Source of the DNA: Dehalococcoidia bacterium
GTDB lineage: Bacteria > Chloroflexota > Dehalococcoidia > Lucifugimonadales > Lucifugimonadaceae
Reading direction: 5' to 3'
Assembly: GCA_012959765.1 (NCBI GenBank)
Contig: DUCO01000049.1
Coordinates: forward strand, 94,949 to 158,948
DNA length: 64,000 nucleotides
Shown: positions 8,608 through 16,977 of the stretch, piece after piece
Layout: each line of letters opens with the position of its first letter
Position numbering within the stretch: the stretch's first letter is position 1
Made by a program: the position numbers and the translations under genes
Notes under the pieces: generated by a model
Database searches by the model: none
What the model saw: the letters and a program-made list of their open reading frames with translations, nothing else
What the model was told of the DNA's origin: nothing

Positions 8608-10581
8608 TTGGCTAACCGCAAGCAAAAAGCAGTTCTGGCAGTAATCGACGGACTCGGGTTCAGCAGGACTCGATCAAAAGACGTGGTCGAAGCCGTTTGG
8701 GCAAAGCTCGCTCCCGCAGACCAGGAGTTGCTTGAAGCCACGGCAGACCGTATAGGTCGCGACTCCAGCTGGGCGAAGAACCTTCTCTACCCGGTTCATG
8801 TCGAGTCGCTGGATGCCGACACTCCTACTAAAGAGGCATTGGCGTGGATAGCTGATTCACAACTTTGCCGTGGGTTCTTGAACGCCGATCTGATTGAGCG
8901 GATCGAACTGCTTGTTGAAACTACAGCCGACGAGCAGCGTTACGTTCCCTGGGCTTCGGGAGCAAGAAATCTGTGGGCGCTGCGGAACGAGAATCTGTCG
9001 ATTCCAACCAGCGCTGCCGGGATATGGGCGGGATTCGAAGATCTCGCTCCGGCGGTTCAGGGCAACTCTGAAACCGGGCATCAACAGATCGGAAACACCG
9101 AACTGGCACCACAGCTTCCGCTTGAAATAACCAACTCAATCGCCAGTGGCGAGTTCTTCGAAGGCGATGCCTTGAATTCGATAATCGCTTCGGCGAAAGA
9201 CCGCAAAGCTATCCTGAACTTCTGCTTCCTACTTTCTGGAGTAGGCGGTGCCGACGGACGGGTTCACAGCGCATGGAATCATCTCGAAGCGTTTCTGGAG
9301 TTGGTGTTCGAACGGCACGGTGTATCGCCCGATCATGTTCAGATGCAGGCGATTCTCGATGGTCGAGACTCTGCGGAGGACAGCTCGATCGTTTCGTCTG
9401 AAGGCTCAGGGGATTTTCTCGGGCAGCTTCAGGTTCTGCTGGGCAAGTACGATGCTGAGTCGTCGCTGGCGTGGGTGGTTGGACGATCAACCGCTATGGA
9501 TCGCGACTACCGAGAAGAAGCAGCAAGAACCGACTTCGATCTGCTAGCAGGATTTAAGGGCGAGCAGGTGTCAGGTTTTGACGAAGTACGTGCCATCGTT
9601 TCCAGTGTTCACGAATCTGGCAAAACCGATCAGGACATCCCGCCGATTTCGATTCTAAGAGCCGACGGATCGGTGCCGAAGATTTCGGCCAACGATGCCT
9701 TTGTCGATCTCAACTTCAGGTCGGATCGCCAGCGTTCAAAAATAGGGTTTCTCGCGGGCGCACGCGCATTCCTTGAAGCCGAAGGTGAATCTCGTGGGCG
9801 AAAGTGGGACGGCTCATGGATCGATCACAACCTGAACCTCGATATATCCGGAATCGCTGAATACCACCCCGTTTTCGAAGCCGAACACGGAGTGAGCGTT
9901 GCGTTTCACACCGAACCACTCGCCGCTAACTTTCTTGCACAATGGCCCGAAGTCGTTGGCGACGACGAGTACACCCTCGTTGCTGAAAGCGTGAAGTCGT
10001 CGCACATGGGCTACTTCTTCCGAGGTCGCCGGGAAGATCCGGTCGCCGGTGCCAACGAAGTTCGTCTCGTCACTCCCTCGCACGGTGAAGAAGATGGCGT
10101 GAAGTCCGACACCGACTTTTACCTGTACCCCGGCATGCGTGCTAAAGAAGTGACAGCCGATGTGCTGAAGGCAATTAGTGCTGGCACTTCAAGACTGATC
10201 TGCTGCAACATCGCGGCTCCCGACATGGTCGGTCACCTGCTTCCAGCACGATACGAAGAAGCCAAAGCTGCCTACCGCGCCGCGGCTGATGCACTGGTCG
10301 AAATGGCACAGACGGCTCGAACCGCAAGAAGCTTCTTCGTTGTGACTTCCGATCACGGCAACATCGAAAACGACACCTCGGCCCATTCGGTAAACGATGT
10401 CCTGACCACAATCGTTCGACCCGACTCAGCAAAGTCGGAAGTTGCCATCCCGGTCTTCCAAGCTCGCTTGTTCGACATCGCCCCTACGCTGTTCAAACTC
10501 ATGGGCGCAGCACAAAACGGGGCTCCCGCGGCAGGCCCAGCCGATCAATCCGTGGGTAGACCGCTGGTCGTCACTGGGTAA
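8608..10581 (+). CDS. divergent, long cofactor-independent phosphoglycerate mutase-like protein (alkaline-phosphatase superfamily)
   Basis: Blocks AVLAVIDGLG, GNSETGHQQIGN, AMDRDYREE and VTSDHGNIEN resemble iPGM. The 657-aa length exceeds typical iPGM. Confidence 0.6.
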   Translation: MANRKQKAVLAVIDGLGFSRTRSKDVVEAVWAKLAPADQELLEATADRIGRDSSWAKNLLYPVHVESLDADTPTKEALAWIADSQLCRGFLNADLIERIELLVETTADEQRYVPWASGARNLWALRNENLSIPTSAAGIWAGFEDLAPAVQGNSETGHQQIGNTELAPQLPLEITNSIASGEFFEGDALNSIIASAKDRKAILNFCFLLSGVGGADGRVHSAWNHLEAFLELVFERHGVSPDHVQMQAILDGRDSAEDSSIVSSEGSGDFLGQLQVLLGKYDAESSLAWVVGRSTAMDRDYREEAARTDFDLLAGFKGEQVSGFDEVRAIVSSVHESGKTDQDIPPISILRADGSVPKISANDAFVDLNFRSDRQRSKIGFLAGARAFLEAEGESRGRKWDGSWIDHNLNLDISGIAEYHPVFEAEHGVSVAFHTEPLAANFLAQWPEVVGDDEYTLVAESVKSSHMGYFFRGRREDPVAGANEVRLVTPSHGEEDGVKSDTDFYLYPGMRAKEVTADVLKAISAGTSRLICCNIAAPDMVGHLLPARYEEAKAAYRAAADALVEMAQTARTARSFFVVTSDHGNIENDTSAHSVNDVLTTIVRPDSAKSEVAIPVFQARLFDIAPTLFKLMGAAQNGAPAAGPADQSVGRPLVVTG

Positions 10582-10786
10582 AGTTTCAGGCGTTCACTCT
10601 GTAGAAACCTCGGTTCGAACTGGTGTGCACTCACAAGATGGGTGTTAGCCCCCACTTGACTGAGGGTGGGACCACGGTAATTTCTGGTGTCTCGGTCTTC
10701 CGAAAGACCTCCACAAGGGACCCGGTGAAAAGCGCAACAGGCGTTGAGCCTTCACCCACATCCCACCGGCTCGAGTTGATAAACGC

Positions 10787-11047
10787 ATGGTTTCAAACAC
10801 TGAAACAAATAGCCTTGGACTCAGATACGTATCTATCGCAGATAATCTGCAGCAACAGATCGAATCAGGCGAAGTCCAAAACGGCGAGCGACTGCCTAGC
10901 CAGCACGAGATGGCAAAGCAGTTCGGTGTTTCATTGACCACCCTCCGATCAGCTGTCGACCTCCTCGAACAACGAGGACTGGTTCGATCAGCTCATGGTC
11001 TTGGAACGTTTGCGCAGTCACCCGAGCCGGGAAACGACACTCCCTAG
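10787..11047 (+). CDS. GntR-type winged-helix DNA-binding domain only
   Basis: ..GERLPSQHEMAKQFGVSLTTLRSAVDLLEQRGLVRSAHGLGTFA.. There is no effector domain. It ends at TAG 11045-11047, in frame with the next ORF. Confidence 0.6.
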   Translation: MVSNTETNSLGLRYVSIADNLQQQIESGEVQNGERLPSQHEMAKQFGVSLTTLRSAVDLLEQRGLVRSAHGLGTFAQSPEPGNDTP

Positions 11048-11050
11048 GTA

Positions 11051-11371
11051 TTGCTTGTTGATGATGACCCACAGGTGGTCGACCTTCTTTCAGCAATACT
11101 CGAAGACGAAGACATCGCCGTGACCAGCGCATCATCCGCTGCCGACGGCATCGCCAAGCTCGCAACTACAAGCTCCCGAGCTGTGTTTCTTGACCTGATC
11201 ATGCCCGGTGGCACCGGCATTGAGCTGCTTAAGGCAGTCGAGCTGCAGAAAATAAAGACTCCCGTAGTGCTGGTAACAGGCGCAGGCGACGCGGATCTAA
11301 TCAACGAAGCAATGGACCATGGTCCAATCACCCTTATCCGCAAGCCCGTTCGGGTCAAGCAGGTAAGATAG
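11051..11371 (+). CDS. stand-alone response-regulator receiver domain
   Basis: Receiver blocks LLVDDDP, VFLDLIMPGGTG, VVLVTGAG and IRKP. The TTG start lies one codon after the upstream TAG and in the same frame. Confidence 0.65.
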   Translation: MLVDDDPQVVDLLSAILEDEDIAVTSASSAADGIAKLATTSSRAVFLDLIMPGGTGIELLKAVELQKIKTPVVLVTGAGDADLINEAMDHGPITLIRKPVRVKQVR

Positions 11372-11424
11372 GTTCTCGAAGTACTCGGCGTTCAGAAACA
11401 GGCAAGGGCCTAGGTATAAACGCA

Positions 11425-11898
11425 ATGAGCACAGAGAATCGACAGGCAATAATCTCCCCCGCCACAGCCCATAAGTTTGAACTTATCGGCCGTATTTTTT
11501 CAGGACTGGCACACGAACTAAACGGTCCAATTGGCATCGCCATGGGATTCTCTGAACTGGCTAAAGAAGCAATCGTTGCAAAGCTCGCCGGCACACAGAA
11601 CAGCCGAGAGAGCCAATTCTTATCTGAACTGACGGAACGAGAACGAGAAGTTCTCGACTGTATGGCACGTGGTCTCTCAAACGCAGCAATTGCTGAGGAG
11701 CTGTTCATTCAGCCCCGAACTGTTGAGCGACACATCGGTTCGATCTTCTCGAAGATGCGTCTGCAGCCACAGCCCAAGGCCCACGCTCGTGTTCAGGCGG
11801 TACTTGCGTACCTCTCGGACACCGGAAGGCTGAAGGAAGGTTCGAAGGCTGGAGAAGGCGACGATTCGATGATCGGCGCGATTGGAATGATGGGCTAG
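11425..11898 (+). CDS. histidine-kinase H-box (DHp fragment) fused to LuxR/GerE HTH
   Basis: The N-terminus FSGLAHELNGPIGIAMGFSEL is an H-box. The C-terminus LTEREREVLDCMARGLSNAAIAEELFIQPRTVERHIGSIFSKM is a LuxR HTH. No ATPase domain is present. Confidence 0.65.
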   Translation: MSTENRQAIISPATAHKFELIGRIFSGLAHELNGPIGIAMGFSELAKEAIVAKLAGTQNSRESQFLSELTEREREVLDCMARGLSNAAIAEELFIQPRTVERHIGSIFSKMRLQPQPKAHARVQAVLAYLSDTGRLKEGSKAGEGDDSMIGAIGMMG

Positions 11899-11965
11899 AC
11901 ATCTCCCCTGCCCCACAAAGGCACAACGTCACCCATCCAACAAAACTGACCTCTCAGGCGTAAGA

Positions 11966-11999
11966 AGGCCTCTTGTGGGTGGACAGGAGGCCTTTTTTT
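11966..11999 (+). terminator. rho-independent terminator
   Basis: AGGCCTC-(14 nt)-GAGGCCT followed by TTTTTT. Confidence 0.7.
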
Positions 12000-12049
12000 A
12001 AGATTGCGTTAGCTCCGGGCGGGCATTCGCCCTTGGTCGCCGCTGCAAT

Positions 12050-12081
12050 CTCCCCCTCTAACTCACCCGATCCGGGGGAGG
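12050..12081. repeat. degenerate GC-rich hairpin repeat (CTCCCCC..GGGGGAG)
   Basis: CTCCCCCTCTAACTCACCCGATCCGGGGGAGG. It shares the upstream GCTGCAAT motif with copy 12137. Confidence 0.4.
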
Positions 12082-12136
12082 ATAGGTAGCTCAGGACATT
12101 TGAGGCGAATATGGTCGCAAGCTGCAATTGTTGTTA

Positions 12137-12174
12137 CCCCCTCTCCCCGGGGAGAGGGCTGGGGTGAGGGAGAA
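12137..12174 (+). repeat. REP-like hairpin repeat, copy A
   Basis: CCCCCTCTCCCCGGGGAGAGGGCTGGGGTGAGGGAGAA. The 10-bp stem is CCCTCTCCCC/GGGGAGAGGG with a conserved tail. Confidence 0.8.
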
Positions 12175-12340
12175 AGTCTGGCGCCCTGGAACTAACTTAC
12201 CGACAGCCAACTGTCATCCTGAATCAAGTTCAGGATGACAATTTTCGAAGGCAGTGCAACAGGACGCCGATCGCTTTCCAGCGACTCGAGCCAACGAATC
12301 ATCCAACTCCCCACTTATCGCAGAAAAAGTGCCACTGGCA

Positions 12341-13111
12341 CTACCAGGCTATTTCGCCGCCGTCGATTACCAGCTCGGTGCCTGTCACCCAAGATGACTC
12401 CTCGGATGCCAGATAGAGAATCCCGTAGGCAATGTCGATCGGCAGCCCAAGCCGCCCCATCGGGGTCATTGCCAGCCGAGCGTCACGGACTTCCTTTTGC
12501 GAATGAATATCTTGAGTCATCGGCGTATCGGTAAATCCGGGATGAACCGAGTTCACTCGAATGTTGTCCGGAGCGTACTGCACCGCCGCTGCCTTGCTAA
12601 ACGTTCGCGCTGCGCCTTTCGAAGCGTGATAGGCGGCTCCGGCGGGCGACCCCACAATGCCAAATATCGACGAAACGTTCACAACTGAACCGCCACCGTT
12701 CTTGCGCATTGCCGGAATCGCAGTCTTGGTGCCCAGCATGATCGCTGTCGAGTTCACCGCAAAAACTGTGTCCCAGTTCTCGACTATCGTGTCTTCAACC
12801 GTCGCTCTGCCCTTGGCGCCCGACATTCCGGCGTTGTTCACTACGATATCGAGTCGGCCCCACTTCGCCATCACCTCTGCAACAACCTCGACCCACCGGC
12901 TTTCCTGCGTAACGTTGAACTGCCGATAAATGGCAACCTCGCCGTTCATGTTCAGCTCGGCCTCAAGCGCATTGCCCTTGGCGTCGTCGATATCGGCGAT
13001 AACCACTTTGGCGCCCTCTTGGGCGAAGAGCCGTGAAGTAGCCTCGCCGATTCCCGAAGCGCCACCGGTCACGATGGCGGTTTTACCTTGAAGTCTGTTG
13101 CCTGATGGCAT
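12341..13111 (-). CDS. short-chain dehydrogenase/reductase
   Basis: TGGASGIGEA Rossmann motif, NNAG, and the S..Y..ASK catalytic block (YHASKGA). Confidence 0.85.
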   Translation of the reverse strand: MPSGNRLQGKTAIVTGGASGIGEATSRLFAQEGAKVVIADIDDAKGNALEAELNMNGEVAIYRQFNVTQESRWVEVVAEVMAKWGRLDIVVNNAGMSGAKGRATVEDTIVENWDTVFAVNSTAIMLGTKTAIPAMRKNGGGSVVNVSSIFGIVGSPAGAAYHASKGAARTFSKAAAVQYAPDNIRVNSVHPGFTDTPMTQDIHSQKEVRDARLAMTPMGRLGLPIDIAYGILYLASEESSWVTGTELVIDGGEIAW

Positions 13112-13161
13112 TTTTATTTCCTTGTCTGATCTGGTTGGACAGCTAGATGGAGATTGCTCAT

Positions 13162-13245
13162 CCCTTCTCCCCAGGGAGCCGTGTCACCGACTCGACCCAA
13201 GTGCGAAGGCACGCTCGGTCGTAAATATTAGGTTGAGGGTGAGAG
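13162..13245 (+). repeat. REP-like repeat copy B, split by a ~49-nt insert
   Basis: CCCTTCTCCCCAGGGAG (13162-13178), then the insert, then TTAGGTTGAGGGTGAGAG (13228-13245). Together these match the unit at 49770. Confidence 0.5.
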
Positions 13246-13271
13246 TTTTGAAGCAGATTGCGGTTGTACGT

Positions 13272-13309
13272 TTCTCCCTCACCCCAGCCCTCTCCCCAGG
13301 GAGAGGGGG
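13272..13309 (-). repeat. REP-like hairpin repeat, copy C (inverted orientation)
   Basis: TTCTCCCTCACCCCAGCCCTCTCCCCAGGGAGAGGGGG is the reverse complement of copy A with 1 mismatch. Confidence 0.8.
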
Positions 13310-13325
13310 TTTAAGCGAAGACACC

Positions 13326-14441
13326 CTACTCATCCACAACATTGTTCTTCAGTGCGTCGGGGTTAATTTCGAGACCAAGCCCCGGCCTATCTTCAAACGG
13401 CTTCCACGTTCCGTCATCTCCGTATGGCGGCACCTCTGTCCACCAGACGCCGTTGCTCTGCTCTTCTGCGCCAAGCACTTCGACCACCTTCAAGTTCGGT
13501 GTCGCCATGGCGCAGTGCAGATGAACAAGCGACACGGCGTGGGGAGCAACTGGAAGATTGAACGCATCGGCCATCGCAGCAACCTTCATCCACTCAGTTA
13601 TACCCGTAACTCGATGAACGTCGGGCTGAACAATATCTACGGCCCCTGCCATCAGTAAATCCCTGAAACCGTACTTGGTGTACTCGTGCTCTCCAGTTGC
13701 AACCGGAATCGTAGTTGCCTGCGAAACCTGCGCTAGTCCGGGAATATCGTCAGCGAGAACCGGTTCTTCGAACCACGCCACATCGAACTGCTCGAATATC
13801 TGCGATATTTTTATCGCCTGTTTGGCCTTGTAACCGTTATTGGCATCGACGTATATCTCCACATCGTCCCCCACAGCCGCCCGTACCGCGGCAAGCCGCT
13901 CGACATCTTCTCGCTCCGACTGGCCAAAGTCTTTGGCAACTTTCATCTTCACCCGTGGAATGCCGCGCTCGACATACGCAGTCTGCTCGGCGACAAGCTC
14001 GGCCTCAGAGTAGTTCGTCCACCCGCCTGATCCGTAGATCGGCACAGTTTCGTGCGCCGGTCCTAGCAGTCGATAAATCGGCTGGTTCAGAACCTTACCT
14101 TTGAGATCCCACAGGGCGATATCGATAGCCGCTATCGCCTGAAATGCCAGCCCCTTGCGACCAAACCCACGCACTCTCCAGAACATGTCCTGCCACAGCT
14201 TTTCGATCATGAACGGGTCTTGCCCAACCAGAATCGGGCTCAAGTTCTCATGGATCACTTCTCGAATAGCGCGCTGTCCCGGTGCCATCCCGAGACCGAT
14301 AACGCCTTCGTCAGTGTGAATGTGAACGAACAGCTGGTTGCGACCCGTTGCGCTCGGATCAATCGGCGGAATCGTTGCATCCTGAATCACAAACCCGTTC
14401 GGGTCGCGCAGCATAGTGGTTTTGATCTCTGTGATTTTCAT
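13326..14441 (-). CDS. enolase-superfamily enzyme (mandelate racemase/MLE type)
   Basis: MKITEIKT.., KMKV, YVDANNGY, FEEP, TGEHE and QPDV blocks. Confidence 0.85.
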   Translation of the reverse strand: MKITEIKTTMLRDPNGFVIQDATIPPIDPSATGRNQLFVHIHTDEGVIGLGMAPGQRAIREVIHENLSPILVGQDPFMIEKLWQDMFWRVRGFGRKGLAFQAIAAIDIALWDLKGKVLNQPIYRLLGPAHETVPIYGSGGWTNYSEAELVAEQTAYVERGIPRVKMKVAKDFGQSEREDVERLAAVRAAVGDDVEIYVDANNGYKAKQAIKISQIFEQFDVAWFEEPVLADDIPGLAQVSQATTIPVATGEHEYTKYGFRDLLMAGAVDIVQPDVHRVTGITEWMKVAAMADAFNLPVAPHAVSLVHLHCAMATPNLKVVEVLGAEEQSNGVWWTEVPPYGDDGTWKPFEDRPGLGLEINPDALKNNVVDE

Positions 14442-14631
14442 TCGGGTCCCGCCACAAATAGTTGTCGCTCTTTGGGCGACAGATTACCTCGGTCGCGAGG
14501 AATTGGGTATTGGGAAAACTGGTTTTAATCTGCACTTGGCGTTAATTGACAGTGCGCACCAATCTCATTGGTCGTAGGCTCTTCTATCTAAATACTCCGC
14601 CAGTGCCAGCAAACCCCTGTTTCAGCTACTC

Positions 14632-15903
14632 ATGACCACACCGAACCCAGAAAGCCCGAAGACCAAAAAGGGTGGCATATTCTACGGCTGGTGGGTGTCA
14701 CTCGCTGGTGCGATGAACATGCTTGTGAGTTCAGGGCCAACGTTTCAGGCTGCGAGCACACTCTTTCGCGCTGTTGAAGACGAGTTCGGCTGGTCGCGAG
14801 CCGTAGTAACCGGTGTAGCGTCGTTTGGTCGCTTCGGCGGTGCATTATTGGGCCCCCTTGAAGGATGGCTGACCGACAAGTTTGGCACCGGGAAAATGGT
14901 GGTGATCGGATTCACAATCGGTGGCCTCGGAATGATCTTCTACTCACTGTTGCAAGGTCCGGTCCAGTACTACCTCGCCTATTTCGTAGTCTCGCTGGGT
15001 TTCTCTCTTGGCGGATTCGTACCCTCGATGGCAGCAGTAAACGCATGGATGCCGCATCGGCGAGCGACGGCGATGGCGGTCGTTATTGGCGGATCGAGTT
15101 TGGGCGGAGTGTTCGTACCGGCGATTGTTTGGGGCATCAACACACACGGCTGGCGCGAAACGACTCTGGTAATCGGGTTGATCACACTCGCTGCTGGTCC
15201 TCCCCTGGCCTACATAGCGGGCAAAAGAGCGCCTGAATACAGCGACCTGATGGAACAAGTTGCCAAGCCTGAAGAATCCAAAGAGCCACGCAGGCTAACC
15301 CAGCACGATTTCACCGCCAAGCAGGCACTGAGAACCAGAGCGTTCTGGTCGATATCGTTTACTCACACACTGACGAACTTATCGGTAGGGGCGATCTCAT
15401 CGCATATCTTCTTCGTTCTCACCGATGACAACGCCGTAAACCTCAGCGACGCCAGTGCAGCGACGATCATCCCGATCATGGCGCTATCGGCGTTCGGGTT
15501 CCAGATGCTCGGCGGTTTCGCAGGCGACCGCATCAGCAAGCGATCGATCCTACCGATCCTCATTCTGATGCAAGGTGCCTCACTGATCGTGCTGGCTGAG
15601 GCTGGCGGCTACTTCGGGGCACTGGTGTTTGCTCTCATATGGGGATTCGGCTTTGGTGGGCGAACACCGATGTTGCATGCGATGCGCGGCGACTACTTTG
15701 GTCGCAAGCACTTCGGGGTGATTCTGGGGATGTCGGCTTTTCCGATGGCGATGGGCATGATGGCAACGCCGTACATCATCGGAAAAATTCACGATAACAC
15801 CGGTACCTACGTTCCTTCGCTCTACACACTCGGCGCGTTTTGTGTGGTTGCGGCTCTAACGATTACGCTGGCAACAAAGCCGTCGACTCCGATGCAGAGA
15901 TAG
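14632..15903 (+). CDS. MFS transporter
   Basis: 423-aa multi-helix ORF with a central hydrophilic loop. Confidence 0.8.
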   Translation: MTTPNPESPKTKKGGIFYGWWVSLAGAMNMLVSSGPTFQAASTLFRAVEDEFGWSRAVVTGVASFGRFGGALLGPLEGWLTDKFGTGKMVVIGFTIGGLGMIFYSLLQGPVQYYLAYFVVSLGFSLGGFVPSMAAVNAWMPHRRATAMAVVIGGSSLGGVFVPAIVWGINTHGWRETTLVIGLITLAAGPPLAYIAGKRAPEYSDLMEQVAKPEESKEPRRLTQHDFTAKQALRTRAFWSISFTHTLTNLSVGAISSHIFFVLTDDNAVNLSDASAATIIPIMALSAFGFQMLGGFAGDRISKRSILPILILMQGASLIVLAEAGGYFGALVFALIWGFGFGGRTPMLHAMRGDYFGRKHFGVILGMSAFPMAMGMMATPYIIGKIHDNTGTYVPSLYTLGAFCVVAALTITLATKPSTPMQR

Positions 15904-16418
15904 CTCTCATTTTGGTCGTCGGCGCATCGTCTGCAGATCAAGTCGCATCAAATAATTCAAGGTGCTGTCGAGGGAATCGCGAGCCGTCCCTCCGCTACCT
16001 CGGCAGCGTCTTCATTTATATCCATCATCCGACCTCGTCCTGACGTCTACGGAGCGAAACGCTGGCAAATACACGACCAAGTTCAAAATCTCGAAACAAG
16101 CCGGGCTCTAAGTCGAAGGCGAATCAAAACGATTCAGCACCTCGCAGTCTTATCCGCGCGCTGGTTTTCTCCGCGGTCGCCATAGCAGCTGTGCTGACAT
16201 TCGCAGTAATGGCTAACCTCGCATTAGGGCGTGTTATCCACTGGGACATCGTGAGTGTGCTCGGAGCGATCTGCTTCGTGTTTTTGACCATCGGGCGCAA
16301 GTTCCGCACGATCTAGCCTGCTGATACTGGCGACGGGCGCGCCACGGCTCTCAGATCTCCACACCGAGTAGATCCGCACTCTTGCTGTTCTACTGGCCGA
16401 CCTGCTAGCTTCGTACCT

Positions 16419-16847
16419 ATGACCAGCAGCAAGTCGCCCAAAGCCGCGTTCGATAATCCACTCGATACGAAGATTTCAGCTTCCACCCGATTCGCCATCG
16501 AGCTGGCAGCCTGGATTGCCGGACCGTGGGCAGCGGCCGATCTGGCTGGCAACTGGCTCGTTACGATTCCGGTGCTGGCGATATTTGTCGCACTTCCGGG
16601 AGTCTTTTCGACCACCGGAGATAAACGACACGTTGTGGTTGCTGTTCCCGGCAGGATTCGCCTGTTTATCGAGATACTGCTCGCCGCCGTCGCCATCTAC
16701 TCATCACTTGTCGTTTGGACCTACATCGGAGCGATCGCCGTGGCGGTAATCGCTCTGGCTATGTTCGTGGCCGGCGCACCACGGGCTAAGTGGTTATTCA
16801 GCAACAAACCTCCTCACTGGCCACTGCCTACCAGACAAGCCGGATGA
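16419..16847 (+). CDS. small integral membrane protein (DUF2568/YrdB-like)
   Basis: 142 aa with about 4 helices. The RFAIELAAWIAGPW and RLFIEILLAAVAIY patterns are suggestive. It ends in TGA, with a TAA 8 codons later. Confidence 0.45.
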   Translation: MTSSKSPKAAFDNPLDTKISASTRFAIELAAWIAGPWAAADLAGNWLVTIPVLAIFVALPGVFSTTGDKRHVVVAVPGRIRLFIEILLAAVAIYSSLVVWTYIGAIAVAVIALAMFVAGAPRAKWLFSNKPPHWPLPTRQAG

Positions 16848-16889
16848 GTTGAGCCAGACAGGAAGAGCCAATAAAACCTCATCCCAAAC

Positions 16890-16934
16890 TGACTCAACGC
16901 ACGTAGAATTAGCTGGTTTGAGTCATTTTCATTT
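16890..16934 (+). terminator. hairpin with trailing T-rich run (terminator or leader structure upstream of fhs)
   Basis: TGACTCAA-(20 nt)-TTGAGTCA followed by TTTTCATTT. Confidence 0.3.
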
Positions 16935-16977
16935 CGGCAGGCTGGGCCGAACAAGCTAGCTTCCCACAAAGAATTAC

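Noticed and set aside
10694-10709. Perfect hairpin GGTCTT-ccga-AAGACC and neighbouring CCCAC..GGTGGG stem upstream of the GntR gene as a riboswitch
   Set aside because: I recognised no match to any riboswitch consensus. These are isolated short stems in a 200-nt leader.
11045-11047. In-frame TAG between the GntR HTH and the receiver as a programmed recoding (e.g. pyrrolysine) site
   Set aside because: TAG is the commonest ordinary stop in this window. No pyl genes or supporting structure were seen. A TTG start one codon downstream allows two separate, translationally coupled genes.
16112-16316. Small hydrophobic + strand ORF (..ALVFSAVAIAAVLTFAVMANLALGRVIHWDIVSVLGAICFVFLTIGRKFRTI)
   Set aside because: The frame is open after a TAA but has no ATG/GTG/TTG until well inside the first helix, and no RBS is evident. 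It could be real, or another frameshift casualty, but it is not supportable.
16848-16977. ZTP (pfl) riboswitch upstream of fhs
   Set aside because: Only a vague resemblance exists (GGCAGGCTGGGCC versus the CCGCCTGGGC-type 3' element as I recall it). I could not find the 5' sub-domain consensus. The hairpin plus T-run fits a terminator of the upstream gene equally well.
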